Origin: the human T2T-CHM13v2.0 reference genome, Homo sapiens
NCBI RefSeq assembly: GCF_009914755.1
Contig: NC_060935.1
Strand: one strand, 5' to 3'
DNA length: 64,000 nucleotides
Below are positions 29,241 to 45,200 of this stretch, piece by piece. Position 1 is the stretch's first letter. The number at the start of each line of letters is the position of its first letter. The notes under the pieces were generated by a model. The model searched no databases. It saw only the letters and a program-made list of their open reading frames with translations, and was not told where the DNA came from. The translations under genes and the position numbers were made by a program.

Positions 29241-30435
29241 GAAATCATTAACTCTCACCTTCACGTTCATTTGTTCGTCTCTGCTGCCTCTGAAGACTTC
29301 TTAGGTCTTAGATGCACCTTGCTTACCTAGAACCCAAATATCCTGTCTGCTTCTGCCTATCTCTAGCTACAGGACTCCCTCGTTCCTCCACCAACAATCC
29401 CCTGGGTTAAGTTATTACCCATCCAAACTTACAAACTCTGCCGACCCATCCCTCCTGTGTAACTTCCCTCCCTGTCCTGGCCTGTTCCGCATGTTGCCAT
29501 TCATTTCCAGTGTGACAAATCTGAAGTCAAGTCAGATTGTTTCAGTTAGTTTGAAGGCTGCCTAAAAGGCTTTATTTAACCTACAGAAGCCAAAATCATT
29601 ATTTACATATAAATAACATCATTGGTCAACTGATTAATAACTTTATACTCAGGACCATGCTAGACTCTCCAACTATATTTAATCCTTCCAAGTTAAGACT
29701 CTAGTTAATTAATTATATTTTATCCTTCCAAAATATGACTGCATTTACAAGCAAAGAAGTTACCTCAAAATGCAGCTTCTAAATAGACCCTCAGTTTCTG
29801 CATCTTAATTCAACTCCTTGTTATCTCCAAAACGTGAGAGTTGAGAAATAAAAGCCTCTAGGCTACTTTTTAAACAATCTTAGACCCACATTGTCTTAAA
29901 ATTATCAGAATATCTCTTAGTAAACACTCAATATTTTCACTATTTCATTACTCTCCAGGTATATTTTAAGTCCTTGACTAAATTAAATGAGTCAAGAAAA
30001 AGAATCTGAAGTACTAGTAACACAAAATTGGTCTAATGTTTAATGTGTGGTTCATTTAGAGGCAACAACTAAAGATCAGGGTCATTAGCCTTTCCTGTGC
30101 CAGATAGCATCTCATAGGATATCTTGACTAAATTCTGCAAACAGTCAATTGAACCAATATTGCATCTTGTAATAGTCATACATGCTTTTACTACTATAAA
30201 GATGACTTTTTATTATGTTTCCAATTCAAAATCTATTCTGCTACCCAAGTCTCTTCCACAGCATACTTCTTTAATTTAGTAAATGAAATTTTGCACTAAG
30301 AAAGCAGCAAATATTTATATTGCCAAGTGATAGACTGACCTCTAGTGGAAATTTTTTAAATTACTGAGTGAGCTTCTCAGGACTTTAATACAGTTATAAC
30401 TGTCGAACCTATGACATTGTTAAAATAATGTTTAA

Positions 30436-30741
<306 letters not shown>

Positions 30742-30769
30742 TTAAGTCAATTCAAGCATAGACTAGGGT

Positions 30770-30975
30770 TAACAGTAGAGACTCTGGTTCAGAGCTCACC
30801 TCTGCCACTTTCTAGTTATGTAACATTTATCTGGCTCCCCATCTGTAAAATGAAAAAGTGAATATTACCTACCACATGGGGTTATCATGAAGATCAAATT
30901 AGTCAAAATATGAAACATATCTAGAACACAGTAAGGTACACAGTTCAGTGCTATAATATTATTAGTTATTACTAT
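30770..30975 (+). mobile_element. MIR
   Basis: catctgtaaaatg core. Confidence 0.7.
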
Positions 30976-32649
30976 TTGTGGCTGCAAGAAATTATGGCTG
31001 GAGGCAAATAATAATTTCAGAGAATATAAAGAAAAACAAAAGAGTCTTTACAGGAACACATTTCTTTAGGGATTGGCTATAACAAACCAATATAGCACCA
31101 ATACAGCTATTCCTCCCATTTCCCAAAATATATGAGCTATGCCTATATAAACAGAGGAACGGGGAAAATCAGAAGCACATAACTACACCTGGGTAACCTT
31201 TTGTAGGAAATACTGGGAAGTCTTTTCATTGTCCCAATATGGGCATGATGAATAACACCAGATTCTATCCTTTAAACCAAAAACAAACTAACAGCTCCAG
31301 TCCATGTGGGTCTTTCCAGGCTTTGAACTCCTTTTACATTTAGCACCTAGCTACACACTAAATTAGTCATCAGTCTCAGATTATCTGAGTCATACAATGT
31401 AGCACTTTTCTATAATTAACTTATTCTTTGGGCTTATATTACAAGATTCTGAACTTTTAAAAACAATATTCAACGGCTTCTACAGCAATATATCTGACTA
31501 ATGACTAAAAAATGCCTCCCTACAAAGTTAATAATATAGTCTCCACCTCTTTTTCCAAGGAAAATCCAAATCAGCAATTATTTTCAGCTTACAGGAATGT
31601 GCATAAAATTGAAAGATGGTCTATAATTCCAAGGTACTTCCTTAGTACAGAATAATTGCCATCCAGAGAAAAATAGCTTGTTTTTATCATAAAACAATAT
31701 GATCACTAAATAAAATACAGTTCTTAGTTCCTTCCATCACAGTCCTGAAGTACCCAAATTCATTTTAGTAATTCACATTTTCTATTCTGGGAACACTCCA
31801 AGTTGCAATTCAGTTATTCAATGTAAACATGAACTCATTAAAATGGCATAAAAGTTCCTCCAAAGTATTATTCATAACATTTACATGTATTTACTACAAG
31901 AGACTAAAAAGAACTGATTTATGTAACTGGGATCATAAATCGTGGATAATGAATTATATATGTAAAACCACAACTCAAAAACAATTACAAAAATGAATAC
32001 CACAGTATGGTCAGACAACTTCTAGAAAGCATCAGACATATTGTAACATAATTCGCTCTGCTATTAAAAGTCATCAATAAGTGTGGTGCTATTAAAGCAT
32101 GTATTTCAAGATAACAGCAAAAATTAGACGTTTGAAGTTTTTTGAAAGCTTGAGTTTATCTGGAAATATAAAAGCAAGAAAGCTATTTATTATAGTATTT
32201 GATACTTCACTAAGTACAGTTCCATAAAACTGTGGCCCTGAACATTTCCCTAATAACTGTCTAGGAAATATAATGCAGCAGAAGGAAGATTGATTCTGAT
32301 ACTACAGAGAAAAAGTCTTATTCCCTTACATATCCTTTGTAGACAGACCTTAATGGATTATGTGCTATATTACCTTCTTATTTTTCTTGTACTAAAGCAA
32401 CATTTATATTATTAAGATTGGAACAGTAACAATTCAGTTCCACCAAAGACACTAAAGATGACAAGGAAACTATGTACCTAGGCAAAGACCTAAAGAAAAG
32501 TATGTATAGTATAAATTTCCTTTTTAGGAGTTATAAGACATAGACATTCAAATAGAATAAAGCCCAGTGCTCCCAAGGAATATTATCTGGAGAAGGTCCC
32601 CAAAATGACTTCTTAAAAACATCACAAGGCATGAATTTACCAAGGTTTA

Positions 32650-34435
32650 TTCTATGATTCTCAATCTGGCTGCACAGTTTATAGAAATTGGCAAAGTGAT
32701 ACTAGCATGCATCAGTAAAGGCAAAGGTCCCAGAAAAGCCAGAACAATCTTGAAAAATAACAAAATTGGAAGACTCACACTACCTTGTTTTAAGACTCAC
32801 TATCAAGCCACAGTAATCAAGACACTGTGGTATTGGTATAAGAATAGACAAATCAATGAAAACAGAAGTCAACTGATTTTTGACAAGGCTGGCAAAGCAA
32901 TTCAACAACACAAGAAAAGTCTTCAACAAATGGTGCTGAAACAGCTGTATATCCATAAGGGAAAAAAGAAACTGAACTTCAACTCCTATCTCACACCACC
33001 CACAGACATTAACTTGAAATAGATCATACACACAAATGCAAAAGCTAAAACTAAAAACTTCTAGAAGAAAACACAGAATGTTTTTATGACTTTCAGGTAA
33101 GTTAAAGATTTCTTAGAAAGAACACAGAAAACATTAGCCATAAGAGAAAAACTGATAAATTAGACTTCATCAAAATGTAAGACTTCTACTCCTCAAAAGA
33201 CACCATTAAGAAAATCAATAGGTGGCCAGGAATGGTGGCTCACACTGGTAACCCCAGCACTTTGGGAGGCCAAGGCAGGCAGATCACTTGAGCCCAGGAA
33301 TTCAAGACTACCCTAGGCAACATGGCAAAACCCCATCTCTACAAAAAATACAAAAATTAGCCAGGCATGGTGGCACACTCCTGTGGTCTCAGCTACTCGG
33401 GAGGCTGAGATGGGAGAATCACTTGAGCCCAAGGCTACAGTGAGCCGTAATTGTGCCACTGCACTCCAGCCTGGGCAACAGAGTGAGACCCTGTCTCAAA
33501 AAAATAAATAAATAGATAAATAAAAGAAAACGAATAGGCAAGCCACGGACTGGGAGAAAATATTCACAATACATATATCTAAAAAAAACTTGTATCCAAA
33601 ATTAGAATTCCTACAACTCAAAAATAAAAAGACAACCTGTTTTCAAAAAAATAGGCAAAAGAACAGATACTTTATAAAGGATATATGAGTGTTCAATTAA
33701 TAGATAAAATTTTCAAAAAATTATTAATCATTAGATAAATGTAAGTTAAAACCACAATGAGACATCCCTACACATCGTCCAGAAAGATTAAAGTTTAAAA
33801 GACTGACAAAACCAAATATTAGGGAAGGATGTAAGGTTCTTGCAACAAGAACCCTCATTTGTTGATGGCGGGAATGTAAAATGATAAAACCACTTTGGAA
33901 AACAGCTTTTCTATAAGGTAAACATGTAATCTATCCTATGAATGAATAACTCCAATCTTAGGTAATCACCAAAGAAAAATAAATACATATGTCTACAAAA
34001 AGCCTTATCCAAATATATAACAGCTTTGTTTGTAGTAGTCAAAAACTAGAAACAACCCAAATGAATGTCCAACAACATGTGAATGGATAAATCGATGGTG
34101 GTATACCCACACAATGCAACACCACTCAGCAATAAAAATGAGTAAGTTATGGGTGCACACACGTAGTACTGTATGATTCCATTTACATAGAAAATGCAAA
34201 CTAATCTACAGTGACAGAAAAGCATTCAGAGGTTACCTGAGAATGCAGAGGAGGGCCGAGAGAGGCAGGATGGAGACATTAAAACGGACATAAGGGAATT
34301 TTGGGGGGGTGATGGATATGTTCACTATCTTCATTGTCTGGCAGTTTCATGGATGTGCACATATATAAAAATCAAATTGTACACTTTAAGCATAGGTAGT
34401 TTATTGCATGGCAATTACATCTCAGTAAAAGCTGT
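32650..34435 (+). mobile_element. L1M (MC/MD/ME-type) ORF2 end and 3'UTR with AluJ at 33224-33522
   Basis: ORF2-like [27 protein letters not shown]; Alu TSD aagaaaa(tc/cg)aatagg. Confidence 0.8.
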
Positions 34436-34811
34436 TACACACACACACAGACACAGAGGACAGTTCTGCTTCTGATCAAGATAGAGTAACGGGGGACAGA
34501 TCTCACCCTTCTGCCATAAACTGCTAGAAAACTGGACAAAATACATGATACAATGGTTTTTGGACCATCACACAAGACACAGCACTGTAATACCTGGGAG
34601 AGGGAAAGCAAACATGATGAGTTCCATGATTGCACCAGTTTAACACATAGAAGCAGTTTCCAGAATGCAGCAAATTCCCCAAAAGCCCAGCAGTTTAGCT
34701 TAGTTGAGGGTAAGAGCTGCACAAAAGACAGCTTCCGAAATCTGCAGGAGCATGCACATGAGTCTCGGCTAAGAGCTGATACAAGCATATGTGAGGCCAA
34801 AACTACCTAAG

Positions 34812-35441
<630 letters not shown>

Positions 35442-35446
35442 TTTTA

Positions 35447-35775
35447 AAAAAATTTAAATTAAAATTAAATTTTAATTTTAAAAAATTTAAATTAAAATTA
35501 AATTTTAATTTTAAAAAATTTAAATTAAAATTAAATTTTAATTTTAAAAAATTTAAATTAAAATTAAATTTTAATTTTAAAAAATTTAAATTAAAATTAA
35601 ATTTTAATTTTAAAAAATTTAAATTAAAATTAAATTTTAATTTTAAAAAATTTAAATTAAAATTAAATTTTAATTTTAAAAAATTTAAATTAAAATTAAA
35701 TTTTAATTTTAAAAAATTTAAATTAAAATTAAATTTTAATTTTAAAAAATTTAAATTAAAATTAAATTTTAATTT
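35447..35775. repeat. 33-bp pure-AT minisatellite, 9 perfect copies plus a near-perfect 10th
   Basis: Unit AAAAAATTTAAATTAAAATTAAATTTTAATTTT; no G/C from 35429 to 35832. Confidence 0.97.
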
Positions 35776-36814
35776 AAAAAAATAAATTAAAAAATTAATT
35801 AATTTTAAAATTAAAAATTAATTTTAAAAAAACTATCCAAGGCTCGTGTTGGGGGTGGGAGAGGAAGGAAAACAGCCTTGCAAGAAAAAGACAGAACAAC
35901 GCCCAGATCTCATACAGGATTTGGGAACAATTCCTATTCCTGCCAGACAGAGAGGAAAGATATCTTAATACACAGGGCAGCAAGTAGAATTTTCAGAAGG
36001 GTTTCATCTTGACAACAGAGATAAATTATCCCTAGACTAAAGACTGCTCCAGACCTGCCCTACTTAAGCTTAAAAGCAAGTCTCAAAAGGCTTCATCTGA
36101 TTTCAAGCAACTTAACTGCATGCCAGAACAAAGCGAACACTATTTAAAGAAGTCACCTAAATCCATAATGTCTTGCAACCAGTTAAAAGTTAATGGGCAT
36201 ATAAAATCTGCGAAAATATGCCCCAGAAATGATACAACTAGCAGACAAGAATCATATAAATATGTTCTACATGTCTAACAGGGTAGAGAAATACATAAAC
36301 ATGATGAGAAAAATGAAAGATTTTTTATTTATTTTATTTTATTTTTTTAGAAATAGGGTCTCACTGCGTTCCCCAGGCTGGTCTCGAACTCCTGGCCTCA
36401 AGCAATCCTCCAACCTCAGCCTCTGAAGTCACTGTGATTACAGGCGTGAGTCACCATGCCTGGTGCCTGAAAGATATATTTTAAATGACCCAAATGGAAC
36501 CTCTACAGATGAAAAATACAATACCTAAAATGAAAAATGCAATAGATAGAATTAACAGCAGATCAGATACTGCCGAAGAAAAAAATCAGTAAAGGCATAG
36601 TAATAGGAACTATCCAAAATAAAAGATTAAAAAAATGCTCAAGGAAAAAATGAACAGAGCCTCAATGACCTGTGAGAGAGTATTAAGCATTCTTAATACT
36701 TTTTTTTTCTGCTTTCCAAAAGCAGAAAAAAGAGGTGAAGTATTTCTAAACATGACAAAAACTACCAACCTACAGATCCAAGAAGTTCAACAAACACCAA
36801 AGCTCATTCAAAAC

Positions 36815-38150
36815 AAAACAGATAAAAAGGAAAAATTGTTAAGCTGGACTTCATCAAAATTTAAAACTTTTTCTCTGCAAAAGATCCTGTTAATTATTAA
36901 AAAGACAATTACAGGCTGAGAAAAATGACTGCAAATCACATATCTGACAAAGAATTTGTATCTAAAACATACAAAGAATGTCTAAAACTCAACCTTAAAA
37001 AATTCATTTAGAAGATGGGCAAAATACATGAATAGACTTTTCACAGAAGAAGATACACAATGGCAAATAAGCCCATGAAAAGATGACCAACATCATTAGG
37101 CTTTGGGGAAATGTGAATTAATATCGCAATGAAGTATCATCAATCAGAAAGGCTAAAATAAAAAATAGTAGCAATACCAAATGCTGGTGATGATATGGAG
37201 AAAACAGATCACTCCTACACTGTTGGTGGGCATGTACAATAGTACAGCCACTCTGGAAATTAGCTTGGCAGTTTATTTTAAAACTAAAATTGACTTATTA
37301 CATGACCCAGTCGTTGTACTCTTGGGCATTTATCCCAAAGAAATGATAACTTATGTTCACACAGAAACTTGTACACAAACGTTCATAGCAGCTTTATCAG
37401 TAACCGTCAAAAACTGGAAACTATTCAAATGTCCTTCAGCAGGTGAATGGTTAAACAAACTGTAGCACATCCATACTAAGGACTATTACTTAGCAATAAA
37501 AAGGAATATGCAACAGACTTTGATGAACCTCAAGGGAATTATGCTGAGTGAAAAAAGCCAATCTCAAAAGGTTACATACTGTATGATTCCATTTATATAA
37601 CATTCTTGAAATAACAAAATTATAGAAATGAATCTGTTTCCAGGGGTTACAGATAGGAGAGGGGTAGGTATGAGTATAAAGGAAGGAGCAGACAAGGGAG
37701 ACTCAGGGTGATGATGCAGTTCTGTATCTTGATTACAGTGATGGTTACACAAAGTTCGTGGTTACACAAGACCTGCCTTGAAGTTGCCCATGGACCCCAA
37801 CACCACATGCTGGAGTGTTGCCAGTCCCTCAGTGGCCCCTCTCCCTCCCTGTCTATCCCCACTCACCCCAGAGGAAGTGGACACTTAGAGATGGAGCTAA
37901 TATGAGCTTCAGGCATAAAATTGCATACAACTATATACACGCATACACAAATGAGTAAATATACAACTGTAGAGGTCTGAATAAGCTTTGTGGACTGTGT
38001 CAACCTTGATTCCTAGTATGATACTATACTACAGTTATGCAAGATATTAATATTGAGGGAGGATGGTTGAAGCGTGCTCAGAGTCTCCCTGTGTATTTAT
38101 TTGAAACATTTTGTAAATCTGTAATTATTTCAAATTAAAAGTTAAAAGAA
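36815..38150 (+). mobile_element. L1MC-type ORF2 end/3'UTR
   Basis: aaaggttacatactgtatgattcc; LLGIYPKEM. Confidence 0.75.
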
Positions 38151-38502
38151 AGAAAAAAGATAATCAGAATAGCCATAAATACTTTTTCTTTTTAAAATAA
38201 CTATAAATAGTAAAGAAATTAAATTCTTAGTTAAAACTTTTCAACCAAGAAAACTCTAGACCCATATAGCCTTGCTAGTGAATTCTATCAAACATTTAAA
38301 GAAGAAATAATACCAATTCTATACAAATTCATCCAGAAAATAAAAAAGGAACATTTCCCAATAACATTACCATGTTACCAAAACCAAACAAAGACACTGC
38401 AAGTACATATAACTACAGACCAATATCCTTCATGAACCTAGAAGCAAAAATTCTTAAGAAAATGTTAGCAAACTAAATCCTCTAATATATAAAAGGATAA
38501 TG

Positions 38503-38826
<324 letters not shown>

Positions 38827-38834
38827 TTAATTTT

Positions 38835-39505
38835 TTGTGAAAATGACAAGTGTTGGTGAGGATGTGGAAAAACTGGAACCCTCATACATTGCTGCTGGGA
38901 ATTTAAAATGGTGTAGCTGCTGTGAAAAACAGTTTGGTGGCTTCGCAAAAAGCTAAACATAAAATTACCACATGACCAGCAATTCTACTCCTAGGTATAC
39001 ATGCAAAGGAACTGAAAGCAGGGCCTCAAACAGATACCTGTACAGCAACAGTCACTCACTGCAGCATTATTTACAATAGCCAATAGACACAAACAACCCA
39101 AGTGTCCATCAACAGATGAACAGATAAACAAACTGTGGTATACGGACACAAGGGACTATTATCCAGCCACAAAAGGGAACAAGCTCTGATACAACATGGA
39201 TGAACCATGAAAACACTATGCTCAATGAAATAAGTCAGACACAAAATGACAAATATTGTATAATTCTATTTATATGAAATAGCTAAAATAGGCAAATTCG
39301 TGGAGACAGACAGTAGATTAGAGGTTATCAGGGGCTGGGGGAAGAGAGAAGAATGGGGTGCTTAATGCTATAGAGTTTCTGTTTGGGGTGTTGAAAATTT
39401 TTGGAAGTAGTGGATAACCAGCTAATGCCACTGAATTGTATACTTAAAATGGCTGCAATGGCAAATTTTATTTCATATATATGTATATATCACCACAATA
39501 AAAAA
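38835..39505 (+). mobile_element. L1MB 3' end inserted in an L1 ORF2 fragment (38150-39640)
   Basis: L1MB terminus caccacaataaaaa; flanking ORF2 text is continuous. Confidence 0.75.
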
Positions 39506-40324
39506 GAGGATAACAGATCACGACCAAGTAGGGTTCATCCTAAAAATGTATGGTTGGGTTAACGTTTGAAAATCAATCTAACTTACCATAGTAACAGACT
39601 AAAAAAGAAAAACTATATGATCATCTCAATAGATGCAGGCTGAGAAGAGTGGGAGAGACTAAATCATGGAGTACCTTACAAGTCTTAACAAGCTTATACT
39701 GTATTCTAAAGACTACAGATTCCTCACCAAGGGATATTAAGAGGGAGATATTAAGAAGACTAACTCAATCTAGTTAGCGAATCAACAACCGACATTTGTA
39801 AATGGTAGAGAAAATGTTTACAGGATGCTGTGCCAGAGGGCAGCAAACAGAAACTGGGCATCTGAGATGGGGAAAATGAAGAGAGACTTCTAAAAAGAGG
39901 ACTGAATGGGGAGTTGAAAACAAACAGCAGAACTTTCCTAATCCTCATGACTCTCTCACCACCGCCACTGCACCCATGTCTGGGAAATGCGTTATTAGTG
40001 ATCATACTTTGCATGGACAAGAAAGAACAGTTCAGGTTCCAAGGTGACCTCCCTCATTCAAAACAAGAATTACAACCAACATTCAAGTCAGTGTGTTCTT
40101 AGGCCTTTAAGACTTCATTTCCTTTTGGAACTTTCCAAACTATTTGATGTTCATGAAACCATCTAATGTAATAAGAAGAAATAAATAAACCTGAAATCTA
40201 TTTTCAGATTGTAGATAAAATTTTTATAATGTATTACTATCTATCTGGCTATAAATATATGCCACAAATTTCATCACTTCAAATGCTTAATGTGTGAATA
40301 TAACAGATATTAACTTTCTCATAC

Positions 40325-40580
40325 TGAATAATAATAGCTAACATTTATTAAATACCTTTTTTGTGCCAGTAACTGGCTTAAGTACTTTGGGAATATTGTC
40401 TCACTTAATTCTTATAACAACTCCATAAGATAGGTTCTACTACTATTCCCACTTTACAGATCATGAAACAAGACACAGAGAGGTTCGGTAATTTGCACAA
40501 GGCCACACAGCTAATAAATGACAGAGACAGGCTTCAAAACCAGAAATCTGCTAACATGCCAAACTCCTAACAACAATGCT
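40325..40580 (-). mobile_element. MIR
   Basis: attcccactttacagat...aaggccacacagctaataaatg. Confidence 0.8.
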
Positions 40581-42059
40581 ATAAAATGAAGCAAGTGACA
40601 GATGTTCCAGAGTTTCATCAATTCACAAAAGACTACTGGATGACTTTAAAAAACCTTGAATAAGACATGAAAGAATTGCTCTACTTCCCCGGGATTTAAT
40701 GTTCCATACAATAAATAAATTATATGCTATAAGTGATCCTCCTGTCTTAGCCTCCCAACGTGCTGGGACTACAGGCATGAGTCACCATGTCCTGCCAGGA
40801 AGATTCATTTAGAAGAAAATTTGGGAGGATAGGAGCCCTGAAATGTGTCTAGTAAATAGTTAGCAGAGGGTACTATGGTATCTAACATGATACAACTATC
40901 AAAATATGGCAGTATCACTCTTTTACATTCAATTATGTCTCAAACACAATACAAATAAGCTAAAAAGCTATATTTCTGGATAAAAGATTTTAAAATCTTC
41001 AATAATCATAGTGACTTTAGACTGTACTCCAGAGTTCATTAACTATGGATTCTAAGAAACAAAAAATAGCAGAAGGAAAAATCAAAGATATTTCAAGAAT
41101 TCATTAATAAATCAGAATATTAGGAGAACAAACAAAACTAAGTCTTAACTCAAATTTCAAAAGCCTAGATGATTTTTCATACACTTTGCTTATTATTTAG
41201 TATTTATGCTACATGCTATAAGCAGAATAATCTTAGATATGTTTTTTGATTCTGCCATGTCACCTTCCTTGAGCTTGTTTATCTGGGTATATAAATATAT
41301 TATTTTTCTTTACTATACATATTCTTTTTAAAAACTCTAGAATCACTCCTGGACATAGTAATTACTTACTCAGTAACAGGAAAAATGCAAAGTACTGTGT
41401 AATATTAACATTTATTTTCATATTCACCTTATATTCTACCAATGCAGAAGCTATGAAGGTGTAAGTATACATGCCATTTATACTCTATCCTATCTTACTG
41501 CTCTGCAGTTCTTTATACACAAGCTTACTTTGGCTCTCTTCAATTTATACATAAATATTTAAAACCTCCTTTTGCCCATTTTCTGGATATACTCAATGGT
41601 AACAGAGCCATTGTAAGCATTTTTATATGGTAACTTTCCTGAGCAAGAATCATACCATAACCCTAATAAAGGTCAAATGCAACAGTGCCTCTCCAGGGAA
41701 GTTCTTCCATGCAGCAGTGAGTCATTTTTTCTTTAGGAATGAAAGTTTCACTCTGGTGAGTAAATGTCTGCTCATATGCAGACATCTCTCACTACAAGTC
41801 AGTCAACTATGCCATAATCTTCTCTTTTCTCATTTTGAAATCTACCAACCCATACATATATATACGATTACAGTGCCTGATATGGAGCTCTGCTAATAGG
41901 AAAGCACTTACTTATTTATGATTTATCACACATTTGTACTGGGAAGAAAAACCTTCTGTATTAGTGAATTTCACCATGCCGACAGTAATCTCCTAGTTTC
42001 TTGTTTAACACATACAGTGAATTTACACATGTACAAAATAACATAAATTAAAAGTTACT

Positions 42060-42750
42060 TTTTACAGCATCACTTGTAATAGCAAAATACTGGAAAACAT
42101 TCAAATACCCTTCAATAGGGAACTATTTAAGTAAGTTGTGGTACATCCATTCAGTGGAATACTATGCAGCAATTTAAAAAATGAAGAGGGTTTTCTTCAA
42201 CTGCAACAATATCTAAGATATTTTTAGGCAAAAAATCAAGGTGCAACATAGCAACTACAGTATACTACCACTTGTATAAAATAAGGGTAACATTTTATTT
42301 ATATATAATATACTATATGTATACCACATATGTACATTTTTGTACGTGTAATTCACACACACACACACATCTCTGAAAGCATACTCAATTGTTACTTGGC
42401 TCCAGGGAAATTAAATGGGTATCAAGGCCACAGAGACAACAGGAAGACTATTTTACTATATACTCTTCTTTTTTAAAATTATATACCAAGTCCAACTATT
42501 ATCTATCTAAAAACTAATTAAACTTTAAAAGAATATATAGGGTAATAATTATATGCAGAGGCTCTATTGGATAAGAAAATCTGGGTTTAAGTCCCCATTC
42601 TTCCATTAACCAGTGGTGTGTAACCTTAGGCAAGTTCTCCAAGCCCCAGTTTCCTCATCTGTAAAATGGAAGTAATGATAGTTACTGTGAGAATGAAAAA
42701 CAATCAGGTATATAAAACAATTATCAGAGTACCTGGCAATTATTATTATT
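42060..42750 (+). mobile_element. L1ME 3' fragment followed by MIR (~42560-42750)
   Basis: ggaatactatgcagc; cagtttcctcatctgtaaaatgg. Confidence 0.7.
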
Positions 42751-43519
42751 TAGTGTTATCTTTTAAATGGTACTGCAGACTTGGAAATCACCAAGTTATA
42801 GTCATCACCAATTCCTTTTTCTTTTTTCTTATTCTGAATGAAAAAATTTTGCTAGTTCTTTTAAAATGTGTGGCATTCAATCATTTCTGTCCATTTTATA
42901 GCCACTAGAGATTGGCCCAGACCCTGAAGAATCAGTTAGAGTAGGGATTTTGTGAGCAATTAGGAACCATCATACATTTGGTATAGGTTTTTTATTAAAT
43001 CTAAACCTTTCAGTGGAGCCCTTATTGCCACTATATATAGGCATATCTACAGAGTCTCTACCACACTAAATACCAAATGAAATGCCACCAATTTATACTT
43101 GTATCCCTATTTTAACAATTATAAGGTACTTTCAAATACTTTAGTTCAATTCCTAGAATAAGAATCTCAGAAATGGAAGATCCTTTAAAATACAATGCAA
43201 TTTTTTTCAACAATGATGAGGGAATCAGAGCATATATTTTTATCTCTCTTGTAGATGAATATTTTTAATTTAAGAGCAACCTGTTAAATATGAATTTAAA
43301 TTATATTAAATAATGAAATAAATAAATGAAATGAAAGCCAAAGAAGAGAAGCGACTTGCCAAAGACTCACATGCTTTACAAGAGAAAAAAAAGGCTGCCT
43401 AGCATTCACATGTTCTCATTTTACTGCTCATTTCGTTCACATTCTTACAAGGAAGTCATCAAGTATGCTACTTTCCCTCACCTAAAAGGCTCTTACTTAT
43501 ACAACCTAAAACCCCGTTT

Positions 43520-44545
43520 ACATCTAATAATCTGATTTTTAAAATGGGCAAAAGATTTGAATAGACACTTCTCAAAAGAAGACATACAAATGGCAAACGG
43601 GTATATAAAAAGGTGTTCAACATCACTGATCATCAGAGAAATGTAAATCAAACTACAATGAGACATCATCTCATCCCAGTTTAAACGGCTTTTATCCAAA
43701 AGACAGGCAATAACAAATGCTAGAGGAGATGTGGAGAAAAGGGAACCTTCATACACTGTTTTTGGGATGTAAATTAGTACAACCACTATGGAGAACAGTT
43801 TGGAGGTTCCTCAGAAAACTGAAAACAGAGCTACCATATGATCCAGCAATCCCACTGTGGGGTATATACACAAAAGAAAGGAAATCAGTATATGGAAGAA
43901 ATATTTGCAATCCCATGTTTGCTGCAGTACTATTCACAATAGCCAAGATTTGGGGGCAACCTAAGTGTCCATCAATAGATAAATGGATAAAGAAAATGTG
44001 GTACATATACACAATGGAGTACTATTCAGCCATAAAAAAGAATGAGATCCAGTCATTTGCAACAACATGGATGGAACTGGAGGTCATTATGTTAAACGAA
44101 ATGAGCCAGGCACAGAAAGAAAAACATCAAATGTTCTCACTATTCGTGGGATCTAAAAATCAAAACAATTAAATTGATTTTTAGATGGTTTTAGAAAGGA
44201 TGGTTACTAGAGGCTGGGAAGGAGAATGGAGGGAGGGGGAAGGGGGAGGGGGATGGTTAATGGGTACAAAGAAATAGAACAAATGAATAAGACCTAGTAT
44301 TTGATAGCACAACAGGATGACTACAGTCAAATAATTTAATTGTACATTTTTAAATAACTTAAAGAGTATAAATGGATTATTTGTAACACAAAGGATAAAT
44401 GTTTAAGGGCACAGATACCCCATTTTCCATGATGTGATTACTATGCATTGCTTGCCTATATCAAAGTATCTCATGTATCCTATAAATATACATACCTACC
44501 ATGTACCCACAGAAATTAAAAACTGCAAATTGTAAAAAAAGAAAA
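43520..44545 (+). mobile_element. L1MA 3' end
   Basis: ORF 43717-44172 is the L1 ORF2 C-terminus ([30 protein letters not shown]). Confidence 0.9.
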
Positions 44546-45067
44546 CGTTGTTCACAGAACCTATCTTGGATCTGGTAGCCATAAGTCTCTCCCCTCTGAA
44601 TTCCAGCTACTACCATAGCAAACAACTTAGCACTTCATCGTGGGTTATCTGTCATCTTCATGGTGGTATTGTCTCCCCAGGTGTAAGCAATCTGGAAGCA
44701 AGTTGGTCTGGTAAAAAAAAGACATTATAATCACCACCATCTACCCTATCTCCCCCTCAGCCTATTATCCCTGACATTTCCCTCCACTTGGAAGCTCAGA
44801 CTTCTCAGCCAAGCAAAGGTATCTGCCTCTTCATTCATCCCTCCCTCTAAATTCCTCCTGGGATGCCTTTTCCTTCCTTCCCATCAACTCACATTCCTCA
44901 CCTTGAGCCAAACCTTAACCCAATCCCCCTCACACAGAAAGCCTTAACTCAGCCCATTTTCTTAGAAACCGATATACACAGTGTTGTACAATTTTCCTAT
45001 TCACATCTCATAATATTTCTGTATATATGTTTGGAAATGTATATTTCTGCATATGAGATAACTTATC

Positions 45068-45200
45068 AGCCTGGGCAACATAGTGAGACCCCCATATATA
45101 TAAAAAAAATAGCCAGGCATGGTGGTGCATGCCTGTGGTCCTAGCTACTCAGGAGGCTGAAGCAGGAGGATCACTTGAGTCTGGAAGGTCGAGGCTAAGC
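45068..45200 (+). mobile_element. Internal AluJ fragment
   Basis: cagcctgggcaacatagtgagacc...ggatcacttgag. Confidence 0.8.

Noticed and set aside
29671-29740. 30-bp imperfect direct repeat (25/30)
   Set aside because: Ordinary old tandem duplication in AT-rich DNA with no functional cue.
35447-35775. CRISPR-like regular 33-bp repeats
   Set aside because: No spacers, pure tandem array, eukaryotic context.
43717-44172. 151-aa ORF
   Set aside because: Decayed L1 ORF2 C-terminus/3'UTR, not a host gene. The same applies to the other L1- and Alu-derived ORFs.
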